A DNA stretch of 64,000 bases from Moniliella sp. 'wahieum' (GCA_003971905.1 RSEE01000005.1:558001-622000), one strand, 5' to 3'. Positions 11,117 to 25,231 are shown, counted from the first letter of the stretch. Numbers and translations are program-made. The notes: generated from the letters alone by a model not told the origin.

Positions 11117-13993
11117 TCAAGGGAAGGAGGTGTCATCAAACACCAAACGACGTCCCACCGCATTCAAGAAGGTTGGCGACCGTGGCTCTTCCAACGATCC
11201 TGCCAGCTCCTGCCGGGGATCAACGGTCGTGTTGGGCGGCGGGCTGAAGCGACGCGTCGAGCCAACAGAGGCTGTTGGCGGGCCTCCACCAGAGTCAAAG
11301 AAGCCATAGCCCGTAGATCCCACATGCCCTGTCTCTTCTTCCTCGGCCCCTTCATCAAACACGGCAGCCAACGCCGAAAGCGATGTTCGTGGTGAGACAA
11401 TGGGCGCGGGCATACCCGTACTTACAAGATGACCGGTAGTCGTTCCGGGGGAACTGGACAGGTTGTGGAAAAGCTGCTGGTGCGTCGGTAGGACGTCGAG
11501 AGGGCAGATCCGATCGAATGGGAAGCCCCGTGCGCACGTCACACTCGTGCCCGAAGCATCAATGTAGGTCCGTACCCGTCGTGTGTTGGCAGCTGCATGT
11601 ACCGCCACGACCGCAGCGTGCATGCGCGCCAAAGCAGTACGAACATGGGCGAGGAAGCGCTTAGTTTGACGGTGGCGAGACGAAGCACACAAGGCCAAGC
11701 CACGATCTTTGATAATGTAGCCCAATCCAAACCCATGACTGCTAGTGGGGGCAAAGCCAAACAAGCGCAAGGCAGGATTACCGCAGTTGGAGGTGCTGAG
11801 GATGGCCGTGTTGAGCATGGCCCAACCCGGATCGGTAAAGAGAGGTGGCACGGCAGGTCGGGTCCTTCTTTGATTCCGCAGAACTCAAACTCATTGACGA
11901 AGGTGCTTTCCTCTCTTGTGCTGCTTGATCTGGGTCGGACTCGTCCCCACCGTCCCCACTGTCACCATCTCCTTCCACTTGCTTGCCGTCAGCACCTTCT
12001 GGCTTGGTTCCAAGGCCACGGCGCCACAGTTCGTGAAGGGCATAGAGGGCCGATCGCACCCTAATCCCTGAGCCGCCAGCCGGGACGAGCGGGTGTGAGT
12101 TGCACATGCTTGCCGAAGAGCCAGTACCACTTCTTGAGCAGAGCTCGCCTCTCCTCCGGCACCATGGTCAAGCCTCGCCGAAGCCGATTTCGTTTTGTTC
12201 TCCGTGGAAACCGGCTTGCTTGGTGGCTTGGACACCGAAGTCTTCAAGGAGGTGCCCTTGGTCGATTGGGAGGTACGTCGGGCTCGTACCGAACATACGC
12301 CTTGCAAAAGTCGACACTTTGGGGCGAGACGGTACGGATTGCTTCAGTGCGACCTTGACGGAAGTGCTTGGTCATAGCTGGCTCGTAGGTCATCACGCTG
12401 CGTCCATAGAGGGAAAAGTAGGCGGCTTGCAACGCCATCTGCACCCAGGCATCGGGGCTGAATCCATGGGCAGTGATGAATGCCTTTCCGTATCCATCAA
12501 ACTCGAGGACGCACATTCGTTGGCGCACACAAGATCGCTCAGACGGGCCTCCGCATGTGCAACAGCCGAAGCAAGTGATTGGTTCCATCGCCATTCGAGT
12601 GCACGGGGTGAAGTGCAATACGTTTGATCGGGTACGATAGGTGCGGTCGCACCTGATTTGCCCCCGAGCGTTTCGTAGGGCCGCCACGAGCATAGGGGGA
12701 GAGGGATGCGTTAAACAAGCTCTTGGTGCGTGCATGAATGCTGCGCGCAAAGCGCATGATCAGTTCGGTATACACATCCGCCACAAACCGAAGAACGGTA
12801 TGGCCATCGAGAGCGGTGTGTTCAAAGTTGATGCCTGCGCTTCCACTCGGAGTCACAACAATCTGCAGCTTGTCCCACCAGCGATTGGTGCAGGTTCCAA
12901 CTTGCACCCCGGTGTACTGGCCAAGTCGTCCTGTTCCGTTTGGTCGGGGGTGAGAATGTTATAGGTACCGGCCAACATGGCTTCGGCCAGCTGTGCAGGG
13001 TCCTCTGTTTCGCCACTTCGCTCTGACGAAGTCTCATCATCCAAACAAAGCACGAAGAGGGCCTCGTCAATCATCTTCAGGCATGCCTGGTTGTGGGGAT
13101 CCGAAATAAGCTTTTCGCGCTGGGCGTGCCAGCCCCACGCTTGTTGGCGGTCAAGATACCGACGGCCACCCCCTCTGCCGCGGCGGGTGGCCGTGCATCT
13201 GCATCATCACAGATAGCTTGCAAGGTGCGGACCAAAGTCGCTTCCGTCCAGAGTGGTCGATGCTGAGAGTCGATGGCATCAAACCAATAGGCGTATCCAC
13301 GACGGAGAACAACCACGTGTTTTGCATCTGGCGCCACCGACATCTTGCACCCTAGGCTTGTGCCAGTGGGAATACGGGCCGTGCCGAAAAGCCAAGCATA
13401 CTGGCTCATGTCAAGGGGCGTGCCTCGCACATCGTCTGCGGGCAACTGGCCCGTACGCAAGTCAGAAATGAAAGCGAGTGCAGCCAGAGTCAGATTAGCG
13501 GCGCGCATCAGCTGGCTTCCACGAGAAGGCGTGGGGTCGTCCCTATTACCGCGAGAAGAGCGGGAAAACAGAGTTAGATGGACGATGCATGCATGCACAA
13601 GGGGGAGGGGGCGGAGTAGGAAAGATCAGCAAAGGACATACTCGAGGATGAAAAAGGGGTTCAGGTTGAGCACAACCGAGTCGGTGGCTTGGAGGTAGGC
13701 ATCGTTCCAAAATTCGGCAATATACGAGGTGCGGGTGGAAGCGTATTGGTGCAGGCGTTGCTGCAGCGGGGGCCATCGTGGTGGAGGAAGTGTTCGACGG
13801 CACGGCGGGTACGCTGATGCTGTTCGGGAGCTTGGAGCGGCGCGAGGGCAGCAAGGTAGCGCTGGCAGGTGTCGGCCAGGGGCGGGATGGGCAGGCGAGG
13901 CAGCTCGTCCTGGTGCGCAAATGTCTGGCCGGTAAAGACACCTTGGGTGGCCAGTGCCACCGCGTTGGGCGTAGACGCATTGGCGGCGGGCAT
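11117..13993 (-). CDS. YAT1: Carnitine O-acetyltransferase (Yat1-like); multiple frameshifts, intron ~13545-13641
   Basis: TFAHQDELPRLPIPPL, YLQATDSVVLNLNPFF, PLDMSQY..LFGTARIP, LFVLCLDD, NRWWDKLQIVV..SAGINFEHTALDGHTVLR, SPDAWVQMALQAAY, TYEPAMTKHFRQGRTEAIR and LSTSNCGNP are choline/carnitine acyltransferase motifs. Confidence 0.92.
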
Positions 13994-14410
13994 GGCGTGG
14001 GGGGGGGTTGGGGAGGAGAGAAGGCACAGATCAGAAGGGGGGCGAGGGGTGGTGTGGCAGCCAGGGGCAGACCAAGCAAGCGCGGCTTATAAGGAGCAAG
14101 GATGCCCCCCTGCATAATTAGAACGCAGCTGCTGGGGCGGCCGGTGGAGGGAGCGTCGGAGCAGAAACGCTGCAGGCCAAGGCGCACTGCTGGGCGCAGA
14201 GGACTGCTGGCTGCGTCGACAGCCTCGATCTCTGTCGGCTGGAACCTGGAACCGCAGTGGCCTAGCCGATGAAAACCTCGCGTTGAGGCAGCTGAGCGCT
14301 GGGGCTGCTGGAGCCCAGGCTCACGCACCATGCGCCATGCAATCACCGGTGACACCTTCTTCTGCGTGCCTGGTGGCTCGAAGCTTGATCGATCCTTGAT
14401 CGGTTGCGGG

Positions 14411-14711
14411 TTATCGATTATCGATTCTCGAGTTACTAGTTACTAGTTACTAGTTATCGATTATCAATTGTCCATGAGCTTTGTTTACGTTTTGGGGTAG
14501 GATGGTGGCAGGGCCGAGCCCAGGAACGGGGGCAGTGTCCGCTAGCGGCTACCGCCGTCGGCCCTGCCAGGCCCAGTCCGCTGCCCTTGCAGCCGCTGGC
14601 TTGTCCGGCAGGTGCGGGGTAGCGAGACAATGTCTGGGATACGCTCCGCCTGCGCGCTATGCATTATGGCGAAGGCGATGATCGATGATCGATGACGCGT
14701 GACGCGTGACG
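14411..14711. repeat. TNA/4-bp-palindrome heptamer arrays upstream of the carnitine acetyltransferase gene
   Basis: TTA-CTAG-TTA-CTAG-TTA-CTAG-TTA-TCGA-TTA at 14433-14463; TGA-TCGA-TGA-TCGA-TGA-CGCG-TGA-CGCG-TGA at 14679-14709. Confidence 0.9.
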
Positions 14712-16571
14712 GCTGTGCTGCTCTGCGGTGTTTAGGAGGCACCAGGGGGCACCACGGGCACCTGCTGGATACCCTCTACCCCGCTGTGCCTGCGGCCCGT
14801 GCCCAGTGCTTGCGCATAGCGGCGGCTAATATCGTGCTGGGGGCCGCGGACCGCGGTTTTCGAACATTTGCTGTGGCCCTGTCCCCCCGCGTCTGGCCCA
14901 TTGTCCCGGCTGCCCCCAACCAACCCATCTGGCGTTGATGTGCTGGCTTGGCGCTCTGCCCGCGCTGCCCAGCCCTTGCTCCCGAAACCCCCGTGGCCCA
15001 GCCTGCGTCATCGACTTCGGCTCCCGCCCCCGCCTGTCCCACCTGAGGTGTGATGCATTGATGCTGCATTACACATCACATGTTACACTGCCCACGCCTA
15101 CCTTCCTGTCTGCCCCATCCATTTTATCGCTTGCTCGCTTCACTAGTGCACCCTTCTCCGTATCATATCTCCATCATCCGCCGGCACCGACCATCGATCA
15201 TCCACCGCCCTCAGCAACTGTGGCAGGCGCCAGAGAGCAATCCCCCACTTTAATGGTGAATCCATCCACTTTTAAATTTTATCTCTCCTTGTCCTCTGCC
15301 CCCCATCCTCACAGCGAAGAGAGTGACCCACCGCACATCTCACAGAAGAGGTGTGCATGCCAGGGCCATTAATCATTCATCATGCATCATGGCATGCATC
15401 ATTCACCATCCACTCCATTGTCCCCCCCTATATCCCCAGGCCACAGATATACTTATTCTTCCCGGCGGCAAGGGTGCGGGGCAATTCACCGTCGTCGCCC
15501 TACGCCACCCCACACGTCGGGAAACAACAATCACATCACAGTTGCTCGGTCCCCACATGCCGACCACCGCTGTATATATCGCTTCCGATCCTTAATAGAT
15601 GCGTTCAAGGTTCAACGTCCACTCTTCTCGAACTTTCTTCCTTCTCTCTCTCAGGCCTAGTATTGTTAGCATACCGATCGCTCCTCTCCTAGCCGCGCCC
15701 ACTGGTGCCGGCACCAGAGCGGCAGAGCGGTATAAGTGTAAGGGCTGCCGTTTTTCGTTTTCGGAACTTTCGCTACTTGTCTCAGATCTCTCGCGCTTAG
15801 GCACAGGCTTTTATTGGGCCCTCTGATAGCGACCGCTAAGTATACGGTGAATTACTGACTGGCCAAGGGAGATCGGTTGAGACTTGCTGTCATAGTTTGG
15901 CTGATCTCGCTCCCATTTCCAATTTCTTCGTCTCGAGCGTCTCGCTCCTTCCCTGTTCCTTCCACTTCGCACCATGTCCTGTTCTTGCTTCTTCCCCACG
16001 AACGATTGCTACACCCCTTGGCCTAGTCCGATCCTGGTCTCCCTCGCCTTAGCCCCGACTGTGACACTTGCGCTTCTTTTTTTGAAGCTTTTGCTTTTTT
16101 GAAGCTTTTTTGAAGGGCGATATTTATACTTCTCTTCGAATTGTGCGGCTGAAAAGATATAGGGAAATATAGATATCATACTCTGCCAGTGTTACATGTT
16201 ATGCTTTGCGAGACGGAGATTGGTTAGATCCATATGATCGATTATCGATTATCTCAGAATCAGTCAGAAGCTTGTATCCTATGTGCTACACCCCTAGAAC
16301 TATTTTGGGTATCTTGACGATGACAGCAGTAGAGGGCAGGCAAAAAGGTGGCTGAGAATCGAGCGAAGAGGAAACTCCGGGGGGCGGAGGGGCCGGTAAG
16401 GTGCAGTTCCCAGGCATGCCAAGCCAGTGGACCTTGTGGCGGACCCAGCCTCTGATGTGGGCGTCAGGCAGCAAAAAGCGAGCCAGCCGAACGCGTAACG
16501 TGTGTATTTGTTCGCGCGTCATTGATGACATAAGCAGGCTCCGTTGGGGCCACAAGTTGGGCAGAGCCGAC

Positions 16572-18538
16572 ATGAATAGTAGGCTTGGGTGTGCATGCAG
16601 CCCACCGCAAGCGTCGGTAGTGCAGCGCGGGTCTCCTCCATCCGCGATCCATCTTCGCCATCACCATCGGGCTCCTCCCCACCTCTCCCGCAGAACAGAC
16701 GGAAGGGACTTCTTCTCGGCCTCCGGGCACATCCAAGGACGCATGCAGTGTCGAGGATGTCCATGCGCCCCCTGATCACCAGGCGGAAGTCAGAAGGTAC
16801 CTGCAAGGACGATGTTGCATCCGACGTGGATCAATTGGCCTATGCGCTTGAATCCGACTTGAGATTGACTTCCCCATTCTCTCGGGATTCGCAACGTCCC
16901 AACTACAAGCTTGGCTTTCCCGACGACGCTGAAGGCGACAGGCGGCCCCTTGGGCATGCCAAACCATTGGACGAGCTCAATACAACCCCTCTTCCTACCC
17001 GCTTTGCTCCAAAGGGCCACCAGCAACCACCAGTCAGAGCCCAAGGCGGGCCTGGTAGTGCCTTATCTGTCCCGATCGTACTCTCGGACGATAGCTCCGA
17101 TGAGGAAGCGCCTGCGAGGACGGCCTCTCGCCCAAGGCGCAGTCATTCGCCTGAACCGAGCAAGGAAGCATGTGTTGCCGATCCAGAGCGTCCCACGACC
17201 ACAAAAACTAAGGATTCCTTTCCTTCCTGTCAATCTGCATTTGGACGTCATCAACTCAAGCAAGGCAAGGCAAGACTGCCCCTTACAGGGACTACTGCTT
17301 GCGCGAGCCTGATCCACTTCACCATGTACGTCTTATTTCTACGTACCTCTGACTCCGGGGGATTGAATGGGATGCGGGCTAACGTTGGGATGCAGCTTCG
17401 CATACAGCGAGAGGGGAAGCATCGAAAGCAAGATCAGCTTCGTCAGGTTCGCCAATGGATTCATCATGATTCCCCGAGCAAACGGTGGGGAGTCCATGCC
17501 AAGGTGGTCGATGTCATCTTGAAGGGTGGCCGTTCTACAGACTCTCGAAGTCCTGGGGGCACACACGGATGAAGAGACTCCATCGAAGGCGGGGGGTCTC
17601 CCCCAAGGCAGATGAAGAGGGTCTACCCAAGGCGCAGAAAGAGGTGCCCTTCACGGCAAAGAGAGAAGTGCCGTCTGATGGGAAAAAAGATCTTATATCC
17701 AAGCCAGAAGAAACTCAGCCGACTCCCCTCAAGCGCCGAAAGAGTTGGATTCTAGGTCGCCCCCCATTTCCATCCTCCTTGACGGATGAGCAGGAGGCTT
17801 CAGTACAGGCCGCATGGAAGGACTGCGCGTTGCTGGTGAGCATACCCGGCGCTCAAGTCACTTATCAAGATCTGCTCAGACTTCGCCCTGGCCGTTGGGT
17901 CAACGACGAGGCGATCAACTTCTACGGTCAATTGATACTCCAGCGCTCTCAACGAGCCAAGGCCTTGCGCAGCCAAGCTTTGCACTCGGGTGCTCAGGCC
18001 TATTGTGACATCCACTTCTTTTCGTCTTTTTTTGGACCAAGCTGGCCGCCCAGGGTCATGCCGGTGTAGCACGGTGGACCCGCCGAGTCAATATTTTTAC
18101 CAAAGACAAAATGCTCTTCCCGTCAATGTAGGCAATTCTCACTGGACGTGTGGATGCGTTGACCTGCGACGCCGTCGGATTGAATATTACGACTCGATGC
18201 ATCACCGGTTCCCTGCTTTCTTTCGCCAACTCCGCCACTGGCTTGTTTCCGAACACATGGCCCAGTATGGCACACCGCTCAATCTCGACAAAGAGGGTTG
18301 GACCGACTTTGTTCCCTCTCACTTTCCCGTCCAGACAAATGGGTCCGACTGTGGCGTGTTCACCATGGCTGCGCTGGAGCAGCTTAGTCGGCGCGACCCA
18401 GCTGTGCCGGTATCGTCAGCTGACGATAGCGGATCCGAGTCAGATGATCCACAGTTCAACTTTACGGGGAAGACCATGCGGTACCTTCGGAGACGGTTTG
18501 TGTATGAGCTGCACAAAGAGCTATTGGATACGATTTAA
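16572..18538 (+). CDS. ULP1: SUMO protease Ulp1 (peptidase C48); frameshifted, intron near 17325-17395
   Basis: Disordered N-terminus, then DLLRLRPGRWVNDEAINFYGQL, HFFSSFF, LPVNVGNSHWTC, IEYYDSM and QTNGSDCGVF, giving the His/Asp/Cys triad and oxyanion Gln. Confidence 0.92.
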
Positions 18539-19894
18539 TGGCCGCGTTCTCATCTCTTATAAACTGGATCCAGTCCCCTTCTGTCACGGGCTGCGGCGGA
18601 CTCGAGATACTCGAGATGGTCCGACCGAAGCTAAGGCCCGCCTACTCCGCACATGCCCAGTAGAGCGTGCTCCGCAGGCCAACCAAGTGTGATGATGGTC
18701 TTCTAAATTAAGTTTTCTTTCTCGGTCTGACATGTCTTCCTTTCTACACCCCTCTTGTATCCGTTTCCCTTTTGATCCTGCCTGTACCCCTGGTTGATGG
18801 GGGGGTTCCTTTCCCCCACCTTCCATTCTCGTCCCCACTCTCGTCTCAACCCCTCGTCTACCCTCTCGCCTATCCTGTCTGACTCTTGCCCGTTTCCCAG
18901 CCAATTGATCCAGTACAGGCAGCCTTACTATACTCTTGTTAGTGTCCGACATCTCCCCCGACCTCGTCCTCCAGCCAGTCGTCAGTCCAGTCGCGCGAGC
19001 CCTCTGGCCGCGTCGATTTCCAGTCTCAGTTGAGGCAGTGTTTGTCCGCCGCTGTCTCCTCCTCCCGTCCCTAAGTCCCGGAGGCTTCAGACACGTTACT
19101 ACGGTCCAAGCCGGTGCAGACGCAGCCTTGCCACAACGTGCAGCCGCCCCACCAAAGGCCTCTCCTCGTCCCTAGCTCCGCTCGGATACACCAACCAGCC
19201 CAAGCCCCAAACTACCGTGAGTCGACCTACCGTCGCCTAAGGGATTGTACCCCAAAACCCCAGGGCGGGTCCGCTTGGCGGCGCCCGCCCGTGACATCTT
19301 CCGGTTGTCGACCCCATCTATATTGTGACCCGCTCTTGTAGATTGCAAGTGTCGCGAATGCCCTGATTTTCATTGGCCATCTCATTTGCCATTTATGTTA
19401 TGTTTGTGAATGCCTCCCCCACAGATCGTATCCCCAATCTCTATATTGTGTGCATTCCATTGACAGAGCTTAAGGCTGGACAGGGGGAACGCTACGTCTA
19501 AACCGAACCGTTCATCTTGCGGGGTTGTTTGGAAGCGCCACTAAGGTCAAGGAACCAGGGGGATTGCCAGGATACGGGACCCTCCGGCTCTCGCCATCCG
19601 GTCCCGTACCCTAGGAAGCGCGTGTGGACACGGAGGAACGTGGTTGACATACGAGCGACCCAATCTCTATAATGATGTCAGAGAACGCGGGGCTTCTTAT
19701 GCAACCTGGCTGAAGCTGAACGACATCTTGCCATTCGCGTCGATCGACGTTTTCATATAGAAAGTTCCGGGCCTCATCTGATTAATACTACACCCTACAT
19801 ATCCACTCAGCAGACCGTTCTGCAGTATACTTTCGTATTGATCAGACCATCCCACAAGTCAAAGGCCACGTTCATGGTGCGGTCAATGGGGATG

Positions 19895-21584
19895 CTACAA
19901 TGGGTGCAGCAGCAACCAGGCGCGGCCTGGCCAGCTCCCAAAGTGCGGCACCGGCGCCGGGCCACTCGCCAGGAGCTCCCTCCGCTTGAGTATGGTGTAG
20001 GCAGAAGGGATGTAAGCGCGGTAGTAGATCCCTTCACGCGTACCTCCTTGGCCATTGGCAAGGGAAGAGCATCTTTTCCAGGGGCAATGTAGTCAAACGT
20101 GGTCTCATAGCTCTCTGGATCATTGTAAAGCAAGGGCCGACGAGATAACCATTGCAGCGTCCTGATGCGTCATCGGTTCTCCTTGGTTCCGCAGCACGGT
20201 ACTTTGCCTCGCTCCTTCTCTCTCCTGAGCCCGAGCCCGTGCCTTGGACGCAGCAATGGACGAATGCTGGCGGGCACGAGGGGTGCAGCAGGAGGAACCT
20301 TAGGCTGGCCTCTCCCCGACTTGGGGTCAATCCAGATGACAGGGTAGGTGTACCCATACAGTGGCATACCCACAGCACTTTATGCGCATGTTCAGGGGAA
20401 ACGAGCCCACCAAAGTTGGCTCCGCTCGACTCGGTTGGGTGACGTAGTTTGCTGATCGCCGAATGCACCCGTTTCCGACAAGGGCACCCCTCCCATCCTC
20501 TTAATCTGTTCGTCAATGGTGCCCATCTCCTCCTCTTCGGACGAAGTCTCTGGCGGAGAGCCAGCAGGGTTTGCAGGTTTGTCTCCAGGAACGTTTTGGG
20601 TTGGTTGGCCCAGGGACCCGCATGTGCTTCCGCATCTGGGCATCCGTGTCGGTCCGGAGTGGACTTTCGGCCGAAACGTTGTACTTGTCGAGGTCCACCA
20701 GCTCACCCACTGCACCGACATGATCGTAGGTCATGACAGAGATCAAATCGACGTGGGGAACAACCACTTCCACAGCATGGGCCAGGACTGAAGTTGTGGA
20801 TTCCTCATCGGAACGGAAGGGAGGAAAGACAACCACGAATGTCTTTCCCGCTTTTCGAATGCGTCACCGATCATGGCCACCCCTTGAGGTGACGCCATGC
20901 CGCACTGCTTTCGAATACTGCGCCATCAAACCCTTCCCGGTTCACCCATCCAAGATGGTACGAGCCAATTGACTTGCTTTTTCGGGCTGGAGACGCACTG
21001 TCATCGCTACCCATCCAACTCTCCAACAAAAAACGGGGAACCACTTGGAGGGGCGGAAGTTCTTGGCCATCAGGCGCCTCGACAGGCGTCTGCAGCCGCT
21101 TCACCCACGCCGTCCTCCTCGGTGGGAACCCGCCACCGACCGGGTAATCACCCTCCTTTCCCTTCCCGTTCTCGGTATGTGGCTGGATAGTATACCAAAC
21201 AGGAGAAACCAGATCCAGCTTTGCCGCGGTACAGCTCGGTGTTGTCTCGCCCTGCCGGCTGGTTCCAAGGGGTAACATAGCCCAGGACCGTGGCAGGCGC
21301 AGAGAGGAAGCGAGTGTGGTTTGTCCACCCGACTGGGTTGGCGGGGCGAGTTTGTCAAGGCCCCAAGAACTCTTATTGACGACCAGCTCTGCGGCTGGGT
21401 GCGGCCGTACAGATCGAGAGGCTTGGTTGAGTAGCGAGAAGAGAGGCCAAAGTGAGGAAAGTCCCCCAAATCTTCCATTGACAGTTGAGTTGCAGGTCCT
21501 GCATCATTTGATTGATGTCTGGCGTCTGTGCCCAGAGCCGGCGACTGCACTGAGCAGATACGCGGGCAAGAGAAACGAACGCAT
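19895..21584 (-). CDS. CHID1: Secreted GH18 chitinase-like protein (CHID1/SI-CLP type), frameshifted
   Basis: Signal-like start MRSFLLPAYLLSAVAG; VLGYVTPWN, KLDLVSPVWYTI, VVPRFLLE, GFDGAVFE, VDLISVMTYDH, KVLLGMPLYGY-like segment, GVALWELGQ-like end. Confidence 0.8.
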
Positions 21585-23135
21585 GGTGGAAATCGCAGGA
21601 TGGTGGCCAAAACCCAAATGAAGCGTCTTCGGTGGTGTGGGTTTAAACGGCAACAGGTAAACGGTTGGGCTCCACGTCACCATCGCCCGGCTTCTCAGTG
21701 GTTCGATCAATTTCACCATTCAGAAAGCTCAGACAACGCATCTTTTTTTAGATGAAAAAAGGCATGATCATTTTGCTATTACCATAGCAACAGTTGCATT
21801 AAGAAAGCGGCGATGGTGTATCCACACCTTGGATCAGCTTCCTCCTATATTGATCGCTCTCATGAATCAATCATGAAGCAAGTCCATTCACACTGTCCCT
21901 ACGCATCTCTCCTACGGCTTCTGGGATGATTCATGCAAGATCATCAACCTACATTAATGGGATCAGAAGTGTTTCCTATATATAAACTAACAACTTAAAC
22001 AAAAAGTGGCTCGGCAAAAGTGAAAAAACGAGTAATAGAGAGAGTGTGGGTCTGTTAGTACAGCAGCATATGCTTTCATCAACAGACTATGCACACACAA
22101 ACCTCCCCGAAGTACGGGAACTTGTAAGCTTCTCTCGAATCGATCATCCTCAAGCCACATCAGACTCAGAGCCAAAACCTCTGCGATGTGGTTCAGGCCG
22201 TTCAGGGAGGTGAGTGTTGGTGAATAATTCTTGAGCAATCCCTTGAGCGCCCCAACGCTTTTAATGACTTTAGGGAAGCTCAATGGGCAAACCCTGGTTA
22301 CGATCCCATGCAAACTGAAGAAGGAGAGCGCCAAGAGGACATAAGAGATGAACGGTGTAGTATTATTACTCAAATTGGGTGAGGCTGAATGCAAAGCCAT
22401 AGAATCGTCAAGATGGCAGTTACCGAGAGCAGCAATCAGAAGCGAACGAATTGGGTCATGGGGCGCATCGACTTTTGGGGGAACATGCATCAAAATAAAA
22501 GTTATTGGCATAAAATCAGGGAGCTTTGCCCGGGTGGCTAGCTGTGCAGAGAACTGCTTGACTTCTACCGGGGCGAGAAACTTTCGGTATGATCAGCCAG
22601 AACATGGCCTCAGGCAGCATCTCGGTTGTATCAGCATCAATACTCTTGGAATTAGGCACGGCCCCCTCACGGTCACAGGAATGGAGTATGCGTGTGGGAG
22701 CGAATACCTTCGTCGGGATCAAGTCTTGAACCTTCCCACAGCATTGTCGTAATACCACGCCTTTTTCCTTCGATCAGATAGCCCACCCTGCTTTCGTTCA
22801 CTTTCGCATCTGACTGGGCGGTCCTAAGTTGCTTGGGTACCGTCTCTTCCTTCTCTCGGGCACCATCTCTGGCCACATATATACGCAATCTCCTCTGGAT
22901 CGTTTTGGCAGAGGCAAAATGAATGCTTGTGCCGGGCGCCGGGGGACGAAAATGGCTCGCCCTAGTGGAGCACGGGGATGTGGGTGCATGAGAGCGGGGG
23001 GCATGGCAAGCTATGGAGGGGAACGGCTGGGCGAGGGAGAGAATTAATAGCATCATCGCGTCGGCAGAGAAAGGCAAGCATTGGAGCAGTCGGCCGACTC
23101 CCACTGCGCCAGTGTTCGCACTACGTTCCTCTCCG

Positions 23136-24598
23136 ATGGCTGGCTGCACAGGGGCAGTGTCTGGCGCCGGCAGGGATTTGAAGCTCGATGCGCCCAGTAT
23201 CCTCCATGGTGCTCCGGCGGAACAGGCGGAACATGCAAACGCGGGAAAGCGGAATCCGCGGCACTCGGCAGCGCAACTGCCGGCGCAGAGGGAACATCGG
23301 ATTACCCTCCTCTCGACGGCGGGTCGGAGGGTGTCTGTCTCTCGGGCCGTCTGTTCTCACTTGCCCTCGCTCGGCATGCTGCGGCGACACTGGTGGCCCG
23401 GCGGGCCATGCAGCACATTGCGGATGCCGTGGCAGTCGATCATGTCAAATGCTCGCCTGGTCTCGATGTTTCCGCTCCCGCTCCGACTCACTCTGGAAGC
23501 CTGCCAATGCACGCGGCGTCTTCGGTGGCCAGGTCCTCGCAATCCCTCTGTTCCGCGGGCCACACGGTCCGTGAGGACATGTCCCTGCACAGCGTGCACT
23601 CCTACTTTCTCCTTGGTGCTGATCCTCGCGAGCCCATTGAATTTGACGTTCAGCGTCTCCGCGACGGCGGACGGTACGCCTCTCGCGCGACCCGCGCCCA
23701 GCAGCGGGGCAAACCATCTTCATGGCAATGTCCTCCTATCATACGGGCGAGCCCGACCAACCATCCTTCCAACTTGACCTCTTTGCTCCCTGGGCCGATC
23801 TTTCTGGTACGCATTCTAAGACTAGCAACGGAACGTTGGCCGCGGCCTCTGGAATACCCCCTTTTACCGTATTATCTTCATCTGGCAAGACGCCGCCACA
23901 GCACAGTACCGATGTGGCGCAATATACGAGCTCGCTTCTTCCACCCGAAGAAAGCAAGCCTTCAGAAGATCGTTTTCGCAACCTTTTGCTTTCCAAGCGT
24001 GAAGTGGGACGCTCCTCTGACCCACTTACACCCAACTCACCACAAGCGATTGAGGCCTACTTAGCCGATCGCCGCGTCTCCCCCTTCGAGATTCGTGATG
24101 CGGACCCGGCCATGTGGGACGAATTTGGCGCACCGATACCTGGCACGCGGCAAGCATTTTGGTTGCGTGCCCGTGAGTCTTTGCTGGGCGACCAGTCCAG
24201 CACGCTACGCGACCTCAACAAGTTGGCACTAGCGTATGCATCGGACTTTAACTTCCTTCCCACCATCACGAAAGCGCTGGGAATGCACAAAGCTAGCATG
24301 ATCGTCACTCTGGACCACTCTATGCACTTTTACTCCACCGAGTTTGATGCCCATGATTGGATGCTCTTTGTTATGCAAGCGAAGCGGCAAACAATGGTCG
24401 TGGAGTGGTTTTGGGACGTGTTTACCGCCGTGACGGTGCGCTGATTGCAGTCGCTGTAAGTATCCTCACCACATTTGTTTCTCCGGGATGATAAACTGAT
24501 TCGATGAAATCCAGACCCAGGAGGGTGTCCTGCGAACAGATACAGGCAAAGCCAAGCCGAGGGAAGCGATTGACTCGTCCGCACCAACACCCAAGTAA
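23136..24598 (+). CDS. TES1: Acyl-CoA thioesterase II (TesB/Tes1 double hot-dog); start uncertain, frameshifted, 3' intron
   Basis: ARGVFGGQVLAQ, LHSVHSYFLLG..PIEFDVQRLRDGGRYASR, ALAYASDFNFL, MIVTLDHSMHFY..FDAHDWMLF, TQEGVLR. Confidence 0.88.
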
Positions 24599-25231
24599 TT
24601 GTATGGTTATCGATCCATCCACCCCATCACCCGGGTCATTACTTTGTGGGTGTATGTACGCCCTTTTCACCTCTGATTTTTCACCATTCCCTGTATGACT
24701 GTTTTTGTAGATCATGCGTGGATTCCACCAGCATGTTAGTCACGAAAGGGATCGCAATAGGCTGAGTGCATCGTCTAAGTTTCCTAAACGGAGGATAGCC
24801 GCTCCCATGGTATGGATGTGGTGCGATGAAAAAGGAGAACGAAGCAACTTGGGTAATAAGCATGTCCCGAGAAGCCCGTGTCCCAACATGAGCGCATGAG
24901 CTGTTTACGTGTTCTGCCGATCCCCACACGACAGTCCCACTCATGGGGGCCACGAACCCAAAGTTCAAGCAATGTAGTCGGCGGCAGCCAATCCATGTGG
25001 TCGCTCCATCAATCGCTCTTAATTGTGCCAATCATCTCTCAGTTAAGGTCTAACCTGACTGCATCCTGTCTTTAATTAAACCGAAAGTCTATGAACAATA
25101 CCAGGTCCCAATATGGTAGCAATGGCAATGGGATTCGCCATGCAGGCATGGTGGCATACGAGGTGGCAGAACACCAGACATATTTTGAGGTAGGTTTGCA
25201 AAGCTCAACGAGGAATGAGAAACATAATGGT

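Noticed and set aside
18689..18730. Box C/D snoRNA (GTGATGA...CTGA)
   Set aside because: Only about 42 nt, with no terminal stem and no recognisable rRNA guide.
21987..22760. Minus-strand 174-aa and 80-aa ORFs
   Set aside because: No recognisable motif and atypical codon usage; cannot be supported without a search.
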